A program made the position numbers and the translations under genes. Below are positions 49,016-58,266 of a DNA stretch of 64,000 nucleotides, piece after piece. Source of the DNA: Planctomycetota bacterium (GTDB taxonomy: Bacteria; Planctomycetota; UBA1135; GCA-002686595); the NCBI GenBank assembly GCA_031400875.1, contig JANNQS010000120.1, forward strand, positions 8,569 to 72,568, in the 5' to 3' direction. Below the pieces are notes generated by a model, which was given only the letters and a program-made list of their open reading frames with translations, was not told the origin of the DNA and ran no database searches. Position 1 is the first letter of the stretch; every line of letters starts with the position of its first letter.

Positions 49016-51670
49016 TCAGGGACGCCAGTCGATGCTCAGCCCGTTCGTCAGGTTGAAGGTGCCCGCGGTGCAGAAGGCGTCCGGGTTGCGGTACCAGACC
49101 TGGTAGAGGCGCCGGCCCGGCGACGTTATGCCGCCGGCCGTGCTCACGTGTGGGTCGCCAGGGCCCGGGTAGCTCGATCCGCCGCCCACGTTGAGCACGG
49201 TCCTCATACGCACGACCGATCCGTTCACGCACCGCAACCCGTCGCCGAACACGACGCCCGCGCCACCGTTCACGGGCGTGGTGCCCTGGTAGTAGAGCGC
49301 TGCCGCATTGGTCATCTGCGTGCCGACGAGGACGAGCTCGTCGTGCGCTAGGCTCGCCCATCCGGTCGCGCGCAGCCGGCCCGCGAGCCCGAGCGAGTTC
49401 GTGCAGCCGTCACCGCTGCCGGCCGGGCTCGCATTGCCGCACGGACAGGCCGTTGCGCTGCCGTCGCCGGCGCAGAACGAGAGGCCGCTCGTGCTGCAGT
49501 TGCGCAGCACGGAGATGCTGTTGCTCGCGTAGTTCGCCGTCACCCAGTCGGGATCGCCGTCGCCGTCCACGTCACCGGCCGAGGCGAAGATCGGGCTCGC
49601 GCCCGTGTCGTACGAGGCCGGTGCGGCCAGCGTTCCGCCGCCCAGGTTCTCGAGCACGACAACGGCCGCATTCGCCACGCAGGCGACGTCGAGGTCGCCG
49701 TCCCCGTCCACGTCGGCGAGCGCGACGGACATGCTCGCTGCGCCCACGTCGTGGGAAACCGCGGCACCGAACACCCCGCTGCCGTTGTTCGGCAGCACCG
49801 CCACGGAGTTCCCTATCGTCGTCGCGACGGCCGCGTCGAGGTCTCCGTCGCCGTCCAGGTCCCCCAGCGCTACGGAGCCCGGGTTTCCGCCCACGGAATA
49901 CGAGGTTGGCGCCGCGAACGCGCCAATGCCGTTGTTCAGCGACACGAGCACGCGGCCCAGGCTGCTGTGCGTCGCGACGATGTCACGGTCGCCGTCACCG
50001 TCCACGTCGCCGATCGCCACGGAGAGCGAGCCGTAACCCGGTGCAGGGATCGCCGCCCCGCCCCCGAACGATCCGTTCCCTTGGTTGAGCGACACCGCGA
50101 TCGTGCCGACGGGACCGGTCGGAGCGTTGCCGGTCACGATGTCGAGCGCGCCGTCGCCGTTCAGGTCACCCAGCGCGATGGAGTTCGGCTGGAAGGAAGC
50201 GGCGTAGTTGACCTGTGCCGCGAACGTGCCGTTGCCGTTGCCCAGCAGCACCGAGACGTTTTCGCTGCCATGGTTGGCCGTGACGGCGTCCAGGTCGCCG
50301 TCGCCGTCCAGGTCGCCGCTGGCGATCGCGATCGGGCTCGTGCCTGTCCCGTACTGAGTCGAGGCTCCGAACGACCCGTCGCCCAGGCCCCGCAGCACGG
50401 ATACGTTTGCACCGCCGTGGTTGGCGGTGACGGCGTCGAGGTCACCGTCGCCGTCGAGGTCGCCGAGCGTCACGCCGTAGGGATTCATCCCGGCGGAATA
50501 CTGCGGCGCGGTCCAGAACGTGCCGTTCCCGGAGTTGATCAGCTGGAGGACGTGACCGGCGTCGCCGAGGACGTCGAGATCGCCGTCGCCATCGCGGTCC
50601 ACGACCACGGCGCAGAACGTGAGGCCGCCGCTGGGGAAGTTCACGGGCGCGGCGAACGTTCCGTTGCCCTGGTTGGAGAGCACGGACACTCCCCGGCCGT
50701 TGTACAACGCGACGGCAAGGTCGAGGTCGCCGTCGGTGTCGAGGTCGCCCAGCGCGACAGACCACGGATTCTGGCCCGCGGCGTAGGACGCCTGCGCCGC
50801 GAACGAGCCGTTGCCCAGGTTCATCAGCACGGACACGCTCGACGAACCGGTCGACGCCACGATGTCGGCGTGCCCATCGCCGTTCAGATCTCCGACCGCG
50901 ACCGACGACACGCTCGAGGAAGTGCCGTACAGGCTCGTCGAAGGGAAGGTGCCGTTGCCCGCATTGATCAGCACCGCCACGTTGGCACCGCTGTAATCAC
51001 CCACGACGATGTCGAGCCGGCCGTCACTGTTGAGGTCTCCGAGCGCCACGGACTGCGGGCCGGTACCCGTGGGATAGGACGTCGGCGCACCGAACGTGCC
51101 GTTGCCCGCATTGACCAGCACGGAGACGTTGTTGCCCTGCTGGTTGGCGACCACGATCTCGGCGCGACCGTCGCCGTTCAGGTCTCCGATCGCGACGGCG
51201 GCCGGATGGTTGCCGGCGGCGTACGTCACCTGGGTCGCGAACGTGCCGTTGCCGTTGTTGTGCAGCACGGAGACGTTCCACCCGGCGTAGTTGGGCGTCA
51301 CGATCTCGGGCCGTCCGTCCCCGTCCAGGTCTCCCACCGCGAGAGCGTTCGGTTGATCGCCCACGAAGTAGGCCACCGGGTTCGCGAACGCCGTGCCCGC
51401 GCCCTGCAGCAAGACCTCGACGGCGTCGTCGTAGAGGTTCGCCGAGACGAGGTCCGCATCACCGTCGCCGTCGAGGTCGCTGGCCGCCATCCAGACGGAT
51501 TGGGAGAGCGGGATCGAGCGCACACCCTCGAAGCACGGTCCTTGCGCTCGAGCCGACGCCGCGAGGGTGATCGCGACCACGCACACCAGCGCTCGCGCTG
51601 TCGCGGAAGATCTGGCGGTCGCGAGTCGTTCGCAGGACGCATCGCTGTGGGATCGGAAAACGTCATTCAT
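49016..51670 (-). CDS. Secreted FG-GAP/VCBS-repeat protein (about 14 repeats) + conserved Cys-rich C-terminal module (CTD copy 2)
   Basis: Repeats of the type GDLNGDG..DIV..N.....VSVL.N.GNGTF occur. ATG 51670 was chosen (an alternative is 51706). The C-terminus reads ...FGDGLRC...YQVWYRN...FNLTN...WRP*. Confidence 0.85.
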   Translation of the reverse strand: MNDVFRSHSDASCERLATARSSATARALVCVVAITLAASARAQGPCFEGVRSIPLSQSVWMAASDLDGDGDADLVSANLYDDAVEVLLQGAGTAFANPVAYFVGDQPNALAVGDLDGDGRPEIVTPNYAGWNVSVLHNNGNGTFATQVTYAAGNHPAAVAIGDLNGDGRAEIVVANQQGNNVSVLVNAGNGTFGAPTSYPTGTGPQSVALGDLNSDGRLDIVVGDYSGANVAVLINAGNGTFPSTSLYGTSSSVSSVAVGDLNGDGHADIVASTGSSSVSVLMNLGNGSFAAQASYAAGQNPWSVALGDLDTDGDLDLAVALYNGRGVSVLSNQGNGTFAAPVNFPSGGLTFCAVVVDRDGDGDLDVLGDAGHVLQLINSGNGTFWTAPQYSAGMNPYGVTLGDLDGDGDLDAVTANHGGANVSVLRGLGDGSFGASTQYGTGTSPIAIASGDLDGDGDLDAVTANHGSENVSVLLGNGNGTFAAQVNYAASFQPNSIALGDLNGDGALDIVTGNAPTGPVGTIAVSLNQGNGSFGGGAAIPAPGYGSLSVAIGDVDGDGDRDIVATHSSLGRVLVSLNNGIGAFAAPTSYSVGGNPGSVALGDLDGDGDLDAAVATTIGNSVAVLPNNGSGVFGAAVSHDVGAASMSVALADVDGDGDLDVACVANAAVVVLENLGGGTLAAPASYDTGASPIFASAGDVDGDGDPDWVTANYASNSISVLRNCSTSGLSFCAGDGSATACPCGNASPAGSGDGCTNSLGLAGRLRATGWASLAHDELVLVGTQMTNAAALYYQGTTPVNGGAGVVFGDGLRCVNGSVVRMRTVLNVGGGSSYPGPGDPHVSTAGGITSPGRRLYQVWYRNPDAFCTAGTFNLTNGLSIDWRP

Positions 51671-51837
51671 GTGCGCTCCGAATTGTTCGCTGGACCCCTC
51701 CAGCATACGGGTGCGCTCTCGGCGTGGGCGGCTGCGGCCCCCCCCCTCGCACCCGGAGCCCACGGCCCGGCGAGAGGTCGGGGCCAGAGGACCTGGGCCT
51801 TGGGCGCTTGCGCCTTCGATCGCGCGGCATGCACCGC

Positions 51838-51948
51838 TCAGCCGCTGAGATGCCGCTCGCGATGGACACCGCGCCACAGCAACACCGCGGCGAACAGGGG
51901 CGCGGCACAGCCGCAGACCACGATCACGGCGTCGAGCACGCCGCTCAT
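51838..51948 (-). CDS. Candidate 36-aa hydrophobic mini-protein
   Basis: MSGVLDAVIVVCGCAAPLFAAVLLWRGVHRERHLSG*. GC3 is about 31/35. It lies inside ORF 51838..52098, whose upstream part overlaps the tRNA gene. There is no strong SD. Confidence 0.25.
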   Translation of the reverse strand: MSGVLDAVIVVCGCAAPLFAAVLLWRGVHRERHLSG

Positions 51949-52036
51949 GCTGGGCACGTTCCAGGTCGCGGCCTGCGGGGCGACTCCCCGGCGAACGGGG
52001 AAGCTCCGTAGTCCCCAGAGGCCAGCCGAGGAGGAA

Positions 52037-52114
52037 TGGTCGGGGCGAGAGGATTCGAACCTCCGGCCTTTGCGTCCCGAACGCAACGCTCTAGCCAAGC
52101 TGAGCTACGCCCCG
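52037..52114 (-). tRNA. tRNA-Pro (anticodon CGG), CCA encoded
   Basis: The minus strand reads CGGGGCG-TA-GCTC-AGCTTGGCTA-GAGC-G-TTGCG-TTCGGGA-CGCAA-AGGCC-GGAGG-TTCGAAT-CCTCT-CGCCCCG-A-CCA. The cloverleaf folds correctly, and the anticodon loop is TT-CGG-GA. Confidence 0.93.
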
Positions 52115-52224
52115 ACCCTAGGGCGAAGAAGGATAGGAGCCGTCCCGAGTGCCGTCAATCGGCCAGAGGGCGCGGAACCGCCCGCTGTGCCCGGGAAGCG
52201 GGGCCGCCTGGCGCCCGCCCCGAC

Positions 52225-53787
52225 CTACTTGCCGAGATCGACGAAGACCCCGCCGTTCTCCTCGGCCATCCTGCGCATGAAGTCCTTCTGGAACTCCCCG
52301 ATCGCGATCGTGTGGATGATGATCTTGCGCAGCTCGTTGGCGGCCTTGATCTCGCGCAGGATGTCGTCCGGATCGACGAACTCCCCCACGGTCGGGCGGC
52401 CGTCCGACAGGAAGAAGATCGTGTCGATCTCGGTCTTGTAGTCCTTGTCGCCGGTCGTCGGGCCCTTCGTGGGATCGATCCCCATCGCGGTCATCATCGC
52501 GCCGTACGTGTTCGTCTTGCCCATGTCGAGGTTCGCCATGCCGGTGAGCCCGACGGAAGCCATATCCTCCTTCGACGAGCCGCCGATCGCGATCAGCCCC
52601 TTGACCCAGTCCTTCGCGGCCGACTTGTTCAGCACGTTGGCCGCCACGAGCTTGCCCTTCTTCCACGGGTCGACCTTCGTGGCGAACGACACGACGTTGA
52701 AGTTCACGAAGGGCTGCAAGCGCTCGATCGTGCGCATCAGCTCGGTCTTCACGATGTCGATGCGCTGGAAGCTCGGGTAGTTGCCGTCGCTGAAGCGTTC
52801 CTTCTCGACGACCTCGGCCTCCATGGATCCCGACACGTCGATCACGAACAGGACCGAGCGGCTGGGCGTCTGGATGCCGTGGTAGTCGCCGACGCCGGAC
52901 TTCGTGATGTCCCATCCGGGCGCGCCGGTCTTCGCCACGCGCTTCGTGCGCAGGTAGGCGATGGCTTCGGCGGTGGGCAGCACGAACGTGGCCTTGTTCG
53001 CCTCCCACCAGTTCTTCCAGGCCAGGGCCTCGACCATCTCGAGCCCGGTCAGGTTCGAGAGCGCCTCGACGATCTCGGGCGTGAGACGCCCCTCCTCGAC
53101 CTGCAGCCGCGCGACGAGCGGCGCGACCGCGTCCGCGTGGCGGATCTTCGTCAGCGCCTTGATCGCGCTCGTGCGCACCTGCCACAACGGATCGTTGAGG
53201 AGCTGCGTGGCCTTGGGCACGACCAACGGCGAGCTCAGCGTCGTCAACGTCTCGAGCGCCTGCCCGCGCACGGCCGGCTCGGGATCCTCGAGCAGCGGCG
53301 CGCAGGCCGCGTCCGCTCCCGGTTCCTTCGAGACGGCCAGCACCTGCAACGCGTGCCGGCGCACTTCCCACGACTTGTCGGCCAGCGCGCTCTGCGCCAG
53401 CGCCAGCGCGCCGTCGTACTTCCCGTCGCCGATGGCGCGCAGCATCCCGACGCGCACGAGGTCGTTCTTCTCGCCCTTGTACGCCGTGAACAGCGCTTCG
53501 ATCGTGCCGGGCGACGGCAGCTTCGCGAGCACCTTCACGGCCGCGCGCACGACCTCGCCCTCGGGATCCTTCAGGATCGGCACGAGCACGGCGACGACCT
53601 GGTTGTCGTCGACGCCTTCGAGCGAGAGCACCGCCTCGACGCGCGAAGGCGTGTCCTGGTACGTCTTGAAGTACTTCTTGAAGTTGACGATCGTGTCGTC
53701 GGCCGAGGCCAGGACCGGCAGGGCGACGAAGACGAGCAGGAGGAGCGCGCGGACGAGTTGGGGCATGCCTGGGAGGGGTCGCGCCAC
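52225..53787 (-). CDS. Secreted HEAT-repeat + von Willebrand factor A (VWA) domain protein
   Basis: Signal peptide LLLLVFVALPVLASA. HEAT-like units (DPEGEVVRAAVKVLAKL, DKSWEVRRHALQVLA, DPEPAVRGQALETL, DPLWQVRTSAIKAL). VWA MIDAS motif VLFVIDVSGSM. An alternative start is ATG 53766. Confidence 0.85.
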   Translation of the reverse strand: MARPLPGMPQLVRALLLLVFVALPVLASADDTIVNFKKYFKTYQDTPSRVEAVLSLEGVDDNQVVAVLVPILKDPEGEVVRAAVKVLAKLPSPGTIEALFTAYKGEKNDLVRVGMLRAIGDGKYDGALALAQSALADKSWEVRRHALQVLAVSKEPGADAACAPLLEDPEPAVRGQALETLTTLSSPLVVPKATQLLNDPLWQVRTSAIKALTKIRHADAVAPLVARLQVEEGRLTPEIVEALSNLTGLEMVEALAWKNWWEANKATFVLPTAEAIAYLRTKRVAKTGAPGWDITKSGVGDYHGIQTPSRSVLFVIDVSGSMEAEVVEKERFSDGNYPSFQRIDIVKTELMRTIERLQPFVNFNVVSFATKVDPWKKGKLVAANVLNKSAAKDWVKGLIAIGGSSKEDMASVGLTGMANLDMGKTNTYGAMMTAMGIDPTKGPTTGDKDYKTEIDTIFFLSDGRPTVGEFVDPDDILREIKAANELRKIIIHTIAIGEFQKDFMRRMAEENGGVFVDLGK

Positions 53788-53897
53788 AGGGGCGAGGAAC
53801 CATCCTAGCCCTCGGGGACGCGACGGTTATCGGCGCAGTCGCCGCCCGTGTCGCCCGACCCTGACCCTGTCGCTGGCCTGTCCCTGTCGCTGGGCCC

Positions 53898-55991
53898 TCA
53901 GGGCCGCGCCGGGCGCGCCGCGGCGGGCTCGGCCGCCGAGATCTCGTCGGCGTCCACGGTCAGCCGCGCGCCGGCGTCGGTCACGAGCGTCACAGTGCGC
54001 CCTTCGCGGGACACGACCGTGCCGTAGAACACGCCGCCGGCCGTGCGCACGCGCTGGCGGGCCGTGGCCGGGGCGGGCGTCTCGCCGACCTCGGCGATCT
54101 GTTCCAGGCCGCGCATCCGCGCACTTTCGACCTGGATCGGGCCGGCGTCGGTCGTGAGCCACACGCGGCCCTGGCCGATCGCGGTCAGGCGACCCTCTTC
54201 GCGCTGCGCACCGTCGAGGCGCACGCGCACGCGCCCCACCGCGGGCGTCTCGAGGCGCAGCGTGCCGTCGAGCGCCTCGATCGGAACGGTCGTGCCCTCC
54301 CAGATCCCGGTCATGCCCGAGCTGGGCGTCGCGTGTCCCGCGGCGGCCGGAACGGCGGCACCCGCGACGGTCGCGGCGGCGGGCACGGCACGCTCACCGG
54401 CGTGCGCCGGAGTCACGGCGCGGAACGCACCCAGGTCGGCCAGCGGCGACGACGCGCGGCTCTGTTGCGCGAGCCAGCGCTCGACGCGCTCGCGCACCGC
54501 GTCGTCCGCCGGACCGCTCGAGCCGCCGGGCGCCGTCGCCGGGACGGGCGCGTCGAGCACCGGCGCCACCGGTGCAGGCGGCAGCGCGTAGACGACGAGC
54601 GCGGGTGTTTCGGGCTCCGGCGCAGTTTCGAGCAGCGCGCCCTGCGGCGACGCGTCCGGTTTCTGCGCCGCATTCGCACCACGGCGCTTCACGTTCACGG
54701 GCGCGGACTGCGTGCGCGGCAACCGGTCCGCCTCGGCCGGCGTGAGCAGCTCGACGGGCGCCGCCGAACGCGCGCGCTCGGTCGGCTGAACGGGAGCCGC
54801 AGGCGTCACGGGCGGCTTCGATCCGCCCAGGAGCAGCGTTTTCGTGATCACGGCGCACAGGAACAGCCCGGCCAGGATCGCGAGGCCGCGCACGAACCAC
54901 GGCGCGACGTGCGCGGCCGGGACCGAACCGTCATGGAAGGACGCGTTCGACGGCGCGGCGCGCGGCACGAACGAAGGGTGCGCCGGCGGAGCCGCGCCGT
55001 CCGCGAGCTCGAGCAGCCAGCTCGGGCGATCCGCGGGCTCGATTGCGACGGGTCCGTTCGCAGGAGGTGCGCTGACGCGCCAGTTGTTCGGACGCACGTC
55101 GGGCCAGCTCGGCGCGAGCGCGTGGTTCTGCGGCAGGAGTTCCTGCGGCGGCATCGCGATCGGCGCCGCCGGACGGACAGGCTGCGCGACTGGCGCGCGC
55201 GGCGGCGCTGGGATCGGTCGGGGCGCAGGCGGGGGCGCCGGCTCGGCGGGTCCGAGCGCGTGCATCTGGGCGTGGAAGTCCGTCGGGCTCAGCGCCGGTC
55301 GAGCGAGCCAGCTCGGCGGGAAGGGCTGCTGCGGCTGCGGGATCGGACGCGGAGCGGGCAGCGGCGCGTGGAAACCCGACTGCGCTAGCGACGATTGACC
55401 CTTCGAGCTCGGCGGCAACGCCTGCGGCCGCGCCTGCGGCGGCGGCAGCGGACGCGGGGCAGGCGACGGCGCGTGAAAACCCGTCTGGCCGAGCGGAGGC
55501 TGAGCCCGCGGCGCTGCCGGGGGCATCGGCGGCGAAGGCAGAGGCGCCTGGAAGCCGGTTTGTTCGAGCGGCGGTTGCGACTGCCAGCCGGAGGTCGCTT
55601 GCGAAGGCAACGGCGGAGGCACCGGCGGCCGCTGCGAGGCTCCTGGCGCGAAGTACCCCGTCTGGGTCAGCGGCGCGGGGCGACCAACGGGTGCGGCGAA
55701 AAGACCCGGCTGGGGCTGGATCCCCGCCGGCGGCGGATACCCAGGCTGCGGAGGGTTGGGTTGCGGATGAGCGGGATGCGGATAACCAGGCTGAGGAAAG
55801 AACCCGGTCTGGACCTGCTGCCCGACCGACGGTCCCTGAGCAGCGGGACGCGCCGGACCGGGCCGCGGCTGCAATCCGGGCGGCGCGTTCAGGCCGAGCT
55901 CAGCCCCCAGGCCCAGGAAGTCCTCGGAGCCCCCCGGCGGAAGCGGATCGGGTTGGAACGGATTTCCCGGCGGTCGTTTGGAGACGGACAT
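53898..55991 (-). CDS. Proline-rich repeat protein with single TM segment and C-terminal SH3/Tudor-like duplicated module
   Basis: The N-terminal ~330 aa are Pro/Gln-rich, with six L-x-Q-(T/S)-G-(F/Y)-x-A-P repeats. The TM segment is LAILAGLFLCAVITKTLLLGG. The C-terminus carries RVRVRLDG...GRLTAIGQGRVWLTTDAG and GVFYGTVVSREGRTVTLVTDAG. Confidence 0.75.
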   Translation of the reverse strand: MSVSKRPPGNPFQPDPLPPGGSEDFLGLGAELGLNAPPGLQPRPGPARPAAQGPSVGQQVQTGFFPQPGYPHPAHPQPNPPQPGYPPPAGIQPQPGLFAAPVGRPAPLTQTGYFAPGASQRPPVPPPLPSQATSGWQSQPPLEQTGFQAPLPSPPMPPAAPRAQPPLGQTGFHAPSPAPRPLPPPQARPQALPPSSKGQSSLAQSGFHAPLPAPRPIPQPQQPFPPSWLARPALSPTDFHAQMHALGPAEPAPPPAPRPIPAPPRAPVAQPVRPAAPIAMPPQELLPQNHALAPSWPDVRPNNWRVSAPPANGPVAIEPADRPSWLLELADGAAPPAHPSFVPRAAPSNASFHDGSVPAAHVAPWFVRGLAILAGLFLCAVITKTLLLGGSKPPVTPAAPVQPTERARSAAPVELLTPAEADRLPRTQSAPVNVKRRGANAAQKPDASPQGALLETAPEPETPALVVYALPPAPVAPVLDAPVPATAPGGSSGPADDAVRERVERWLAQQSRASSPLADLGAFRAVTPAHAGERAVPAAATVAGAAVPAAAGHATPSSGMTGIWEGTTVPIEALDGTLRLETPAVGRVRVRLDGAQREEGRLTAIGQGRVWLTTDAGPIQVESARMRGLEQIAEVGETPAPATARQRVRTAGGVFYGTVVSREGRTVTLVTDAGARLTVDADEISAAEPAAARPARP

Positions 55992-56072
55992 GCTGCGCGA
56001 GGTCGATCGGAAGGCTCATCGGCAGGCCCCTGCTCACGGTTGAGCACCGACCGCAGGAAACGAATTCCTTTC

Positions 56073-56097
56073 GGGCGCGCTCTTGAACAGCGCGCCC
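56073..56097 (-). terminator. Stem-loop downstream of selB (possible terminator, no U-tract)
   Basis: gggcgcgct-cttgaac-agcgcgccc is a 9-bp perfect stem, about 90 nt after the selB stop. Confidence 0.3.
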
Positions 56098-56187
56098 ACT
56101 CTGTTGGGCGCGCGGGGCGCGCGCCGAGCGCGCGCTCCGCGCGCGCGGGGGGGCATGGGGCGCGGTTTGGGCGCGCGCCCTTCCTCC

Positions 56188-58110
56188 TCACCTGCGACGG
56201 AGGATGCGGGTCGCGCCTTGGCGGATCGTCACGCCGGTCGTGTCGAAGTGCTCGAGCAGGGGGATCAGGAATTTGCGGGTGGTCTGCAGCTCGTCGCGCA
56301 GGGAGGGGATGTCGAGCGACTTGTGGGCTTCGCAGTTGCGGACGATCGCGGCACGCGCGGCTTCGTAGGTGGTGTTCGCGAGGTAGATCTCGCCGGGCTG
56401 GATCGCGCGGGCCTCGCCGCGGTCGATCAGGAGCTCGATCGCGCGCTGGATCGATTTCGCGGGCACCTTGAGCTGCTCGCTCAGCTCGGTGGGAGAGGGC
56501 GGTTGGTAGCGAGCGGCCTCGAGCGCGGCGCGCACGCGGCCGAGCAGGTCCTCCAGAGCGGGATCGAGAGCGGGCTTCTCGCTCGTGCGGCGCACGAGGC
56601 CGCCGGGCTCGACCTTGGCCTGCCCGCACTTCTCCAGCTCCTGCAGCACGGCTTGCAGGAAGTCGGGCGCGAAGCCGGTCGCGCGGCGCAGCTCGCGCAC
56701 GTCCATGACCTCGCGGTGCGCGTGCTCGCCTTCGAACCAGGTCTTGAGGGCAGTTTCCGTGCGCGTGATCGCGGCGGCGAGGCGCTCGGGATGGATCCAG
56801 CGCGGCGGATTGCCCAGGCGCAAGGCCTTCTTCTGCGAGCCCAGGTCGTTCAAGAGCCGCTCGGTCTCGTCGCGCGAGCGCTTGATCTCGACCGAGAGGT
56901 CTTCGGGCGTGTGCAGGCCGGCGCGCGCGCGCAGGAGCACGACCTCGAGCAACTCGCGCGGCGAGGACAGCCCTTGCGACGCGCGCGTGAGCTCCTCGAG
57001 CACGAACTTCTTGTAGCGCTTGAGGCGGTGCTTGCTCTCCTCGAGCACGACGCCGCCGCCCAGCACGTAGGCCGGCGACGCGAGCCGCAGGACGAAGCGG
57101 TCGCCGGGCGCGACCACGACGGCTTCCGAGAGCCGCAGTTGCGCCAGCGCGGTGCCGCCCGGCGCGAGCGCGTCGCAGTCGAGCAGCACGAGCTCGCCCA
57201 GCACTTCGGCCGTGCCGGCGTGGAAGCGCACCTCGGTGCGGTCCTCGATCGGACGGTCGAGGTTCGCGAGCGCAGTCACCTGCGCGCCCAGCATCGTCGC
57301 GCCGCGGAAGAACCCGGGCGTGGCCGCGACCATGCCGCGCGCGACGTCGTGGTGGTCGACGTCCGTGACGTTGATCGCGCTGGAATGGCCGGCGCGGATC
57401 GTGTCGACGGACTCCTGGTAGGCCTGCAGCGCACGCACTTTCGTCGTCAATCCGGGCGGCAGGATCTCGAGCACGTCGCCGACCTTGGCCGTCCCCGACA
57501 TGGGGATGCCCGTGATGACCGTGCCGTGGCCGTGCGAGCTGAACACGCGCTGGATCGGCAGGCGGAAGACGCCATCGGAGCTGCGCGGCTTCGTCTCCGC
57601 GGCCATGCGGAAGAGGACCTTCTTGAATTCCTCCAGACCCTGCCCGGTGAGGCTCGAGAGCGGCAGGATCGGCGCGTTCTCGAGGAACGTGCCCTGCACG
57701 GCCTGCCGCACGTCCTCGGCCGCCAGCTCGACCATCGCGGCGTCGACCGCATCGATCTTCGTCAGCGCGACGAGCCCGCGCTGCAATCCGAGCAGCGTCA
57801 TGATCGCCAGGTGCTCGCGCGTCTGCGGCATGACGCCGTCGTCGGCCGCGACCACGAGAATCACGACGTCGATGCCCGTCGCGCCGGCGACCATGTTCTT
57901 GACGAACTTCTCGTGCCCGGGCACGTCGACGATGCCGACCGTGCGCCCGTCCGGCAGCTGGAAGCGCGCGAAGCCGATGTCGATCGTCATCCCCCGCTCC
58001 TGCTCCTCGCGCAGGCGGTCGGGGTCGATGCCCGTCAGCGTCTTGACCAACGTCGACTTGCCGTGGTCGATGTGGCCGGCCGTGCCGACGACGATGGGCT
58101 GGATCTGCAT
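56188..58110 (-). CDS. selB: Selenocysteine-specific translation elongation factor SelB
   Basis: ATG 58110 gives [21 protein letters not shown] (G1). DVPGHEKF (G3) and TKID (G4) follow. The length is 640 aa with a long C-terminal winged-helix-type extension, typical of SelB rather than EF-Tu. Confidence 0.9.
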   Translation of the reverse strand: MQIQPIVVGTAGHIDHGKSTLVKTLTGIDPDRLREEQERGMTIDIGFARFQLPDGRTVGIVDVPGHEKFVKNMVAGATGIDVVILVVAADDGVMPQTREHLAIMTLLGLQRGLVALTKIDAVDAAMVELAAEDVRQAVQGTFLENAPILPLSSLTGQGLEEFKKVLFRMAAETKPRSSDGVFRLPIQRVFSSHGHGTVITGIPMSGTAKVGDVLEILPPGLTTKVRALQAYQESVDTIRAGHSSAINVTDVDHHDVARGMVAATPGFFRGATMLGAQVTALANLDRPIEDRTEVRFHAGTAEVLGELVLLDCDALAPGGTALAQLRLSEAVVVAPGDRFVLRLASPAYVLGGGVVLEESKHRLKRYKKFVLEELTRASQGLSSPRELLEVVLLRARAGLHTPEDLSVEIKRSRDETERLLNDLGSQKKALRLGNPPRWIHPERLAAAITRTETALKTWFEGEHAHREVMDVRELRRATGFAPDFLQAVLQELEKCGQAKVEPGGLVRRTSEKPALDPALEDLLGRVRAALEAARYQPPSPTELSEQLKVPAKSIQRAIELLIDRGEARAIQPGEIYLANTTYEAARAAIVRNCEAHKSLDIPSLRDELQTTRKFLIPLLEHFDTTGVTIRQGATRILRRR

Positions 58111-58130
58111 CGAGCGACGCAGTTTAGGGT

Positions 58131-58152
58131 GGACAACGGTGTCAGACACCTT
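58131..58152 (+). repeat. Copy C of the oriented palindromic element
   Basis: ggacaacGGTGTCAGACACCtt lies 21 bp from the selB ATG, in the divergent region, and ends 115 bp upstream of the FG-GAP gene ATG. Confidence 0.8.
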
Positions 58153-58266
58153 GTCCCACGTTGGAGCGCAGCGGAGGGCCTTCGCCGCGCGTTCTCGGTC
58201 GCGGACCGGAATCGCCTGCAACGGCCCGTGCGATTGGGGACAAGAGCGGTCTCCCGGAGGTCCCCC

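Noticed and set aside
47167-49477. Idea that the similar C-terminal modules are variable and template repeats of a diversity-generating retroelement.
   Set aside because: There is no reverse transcriptase or accessory gene in the window. The DNA copies are diverged throughout rather than differing only at adenines. The similarity is ordinary protein-level paralogy.
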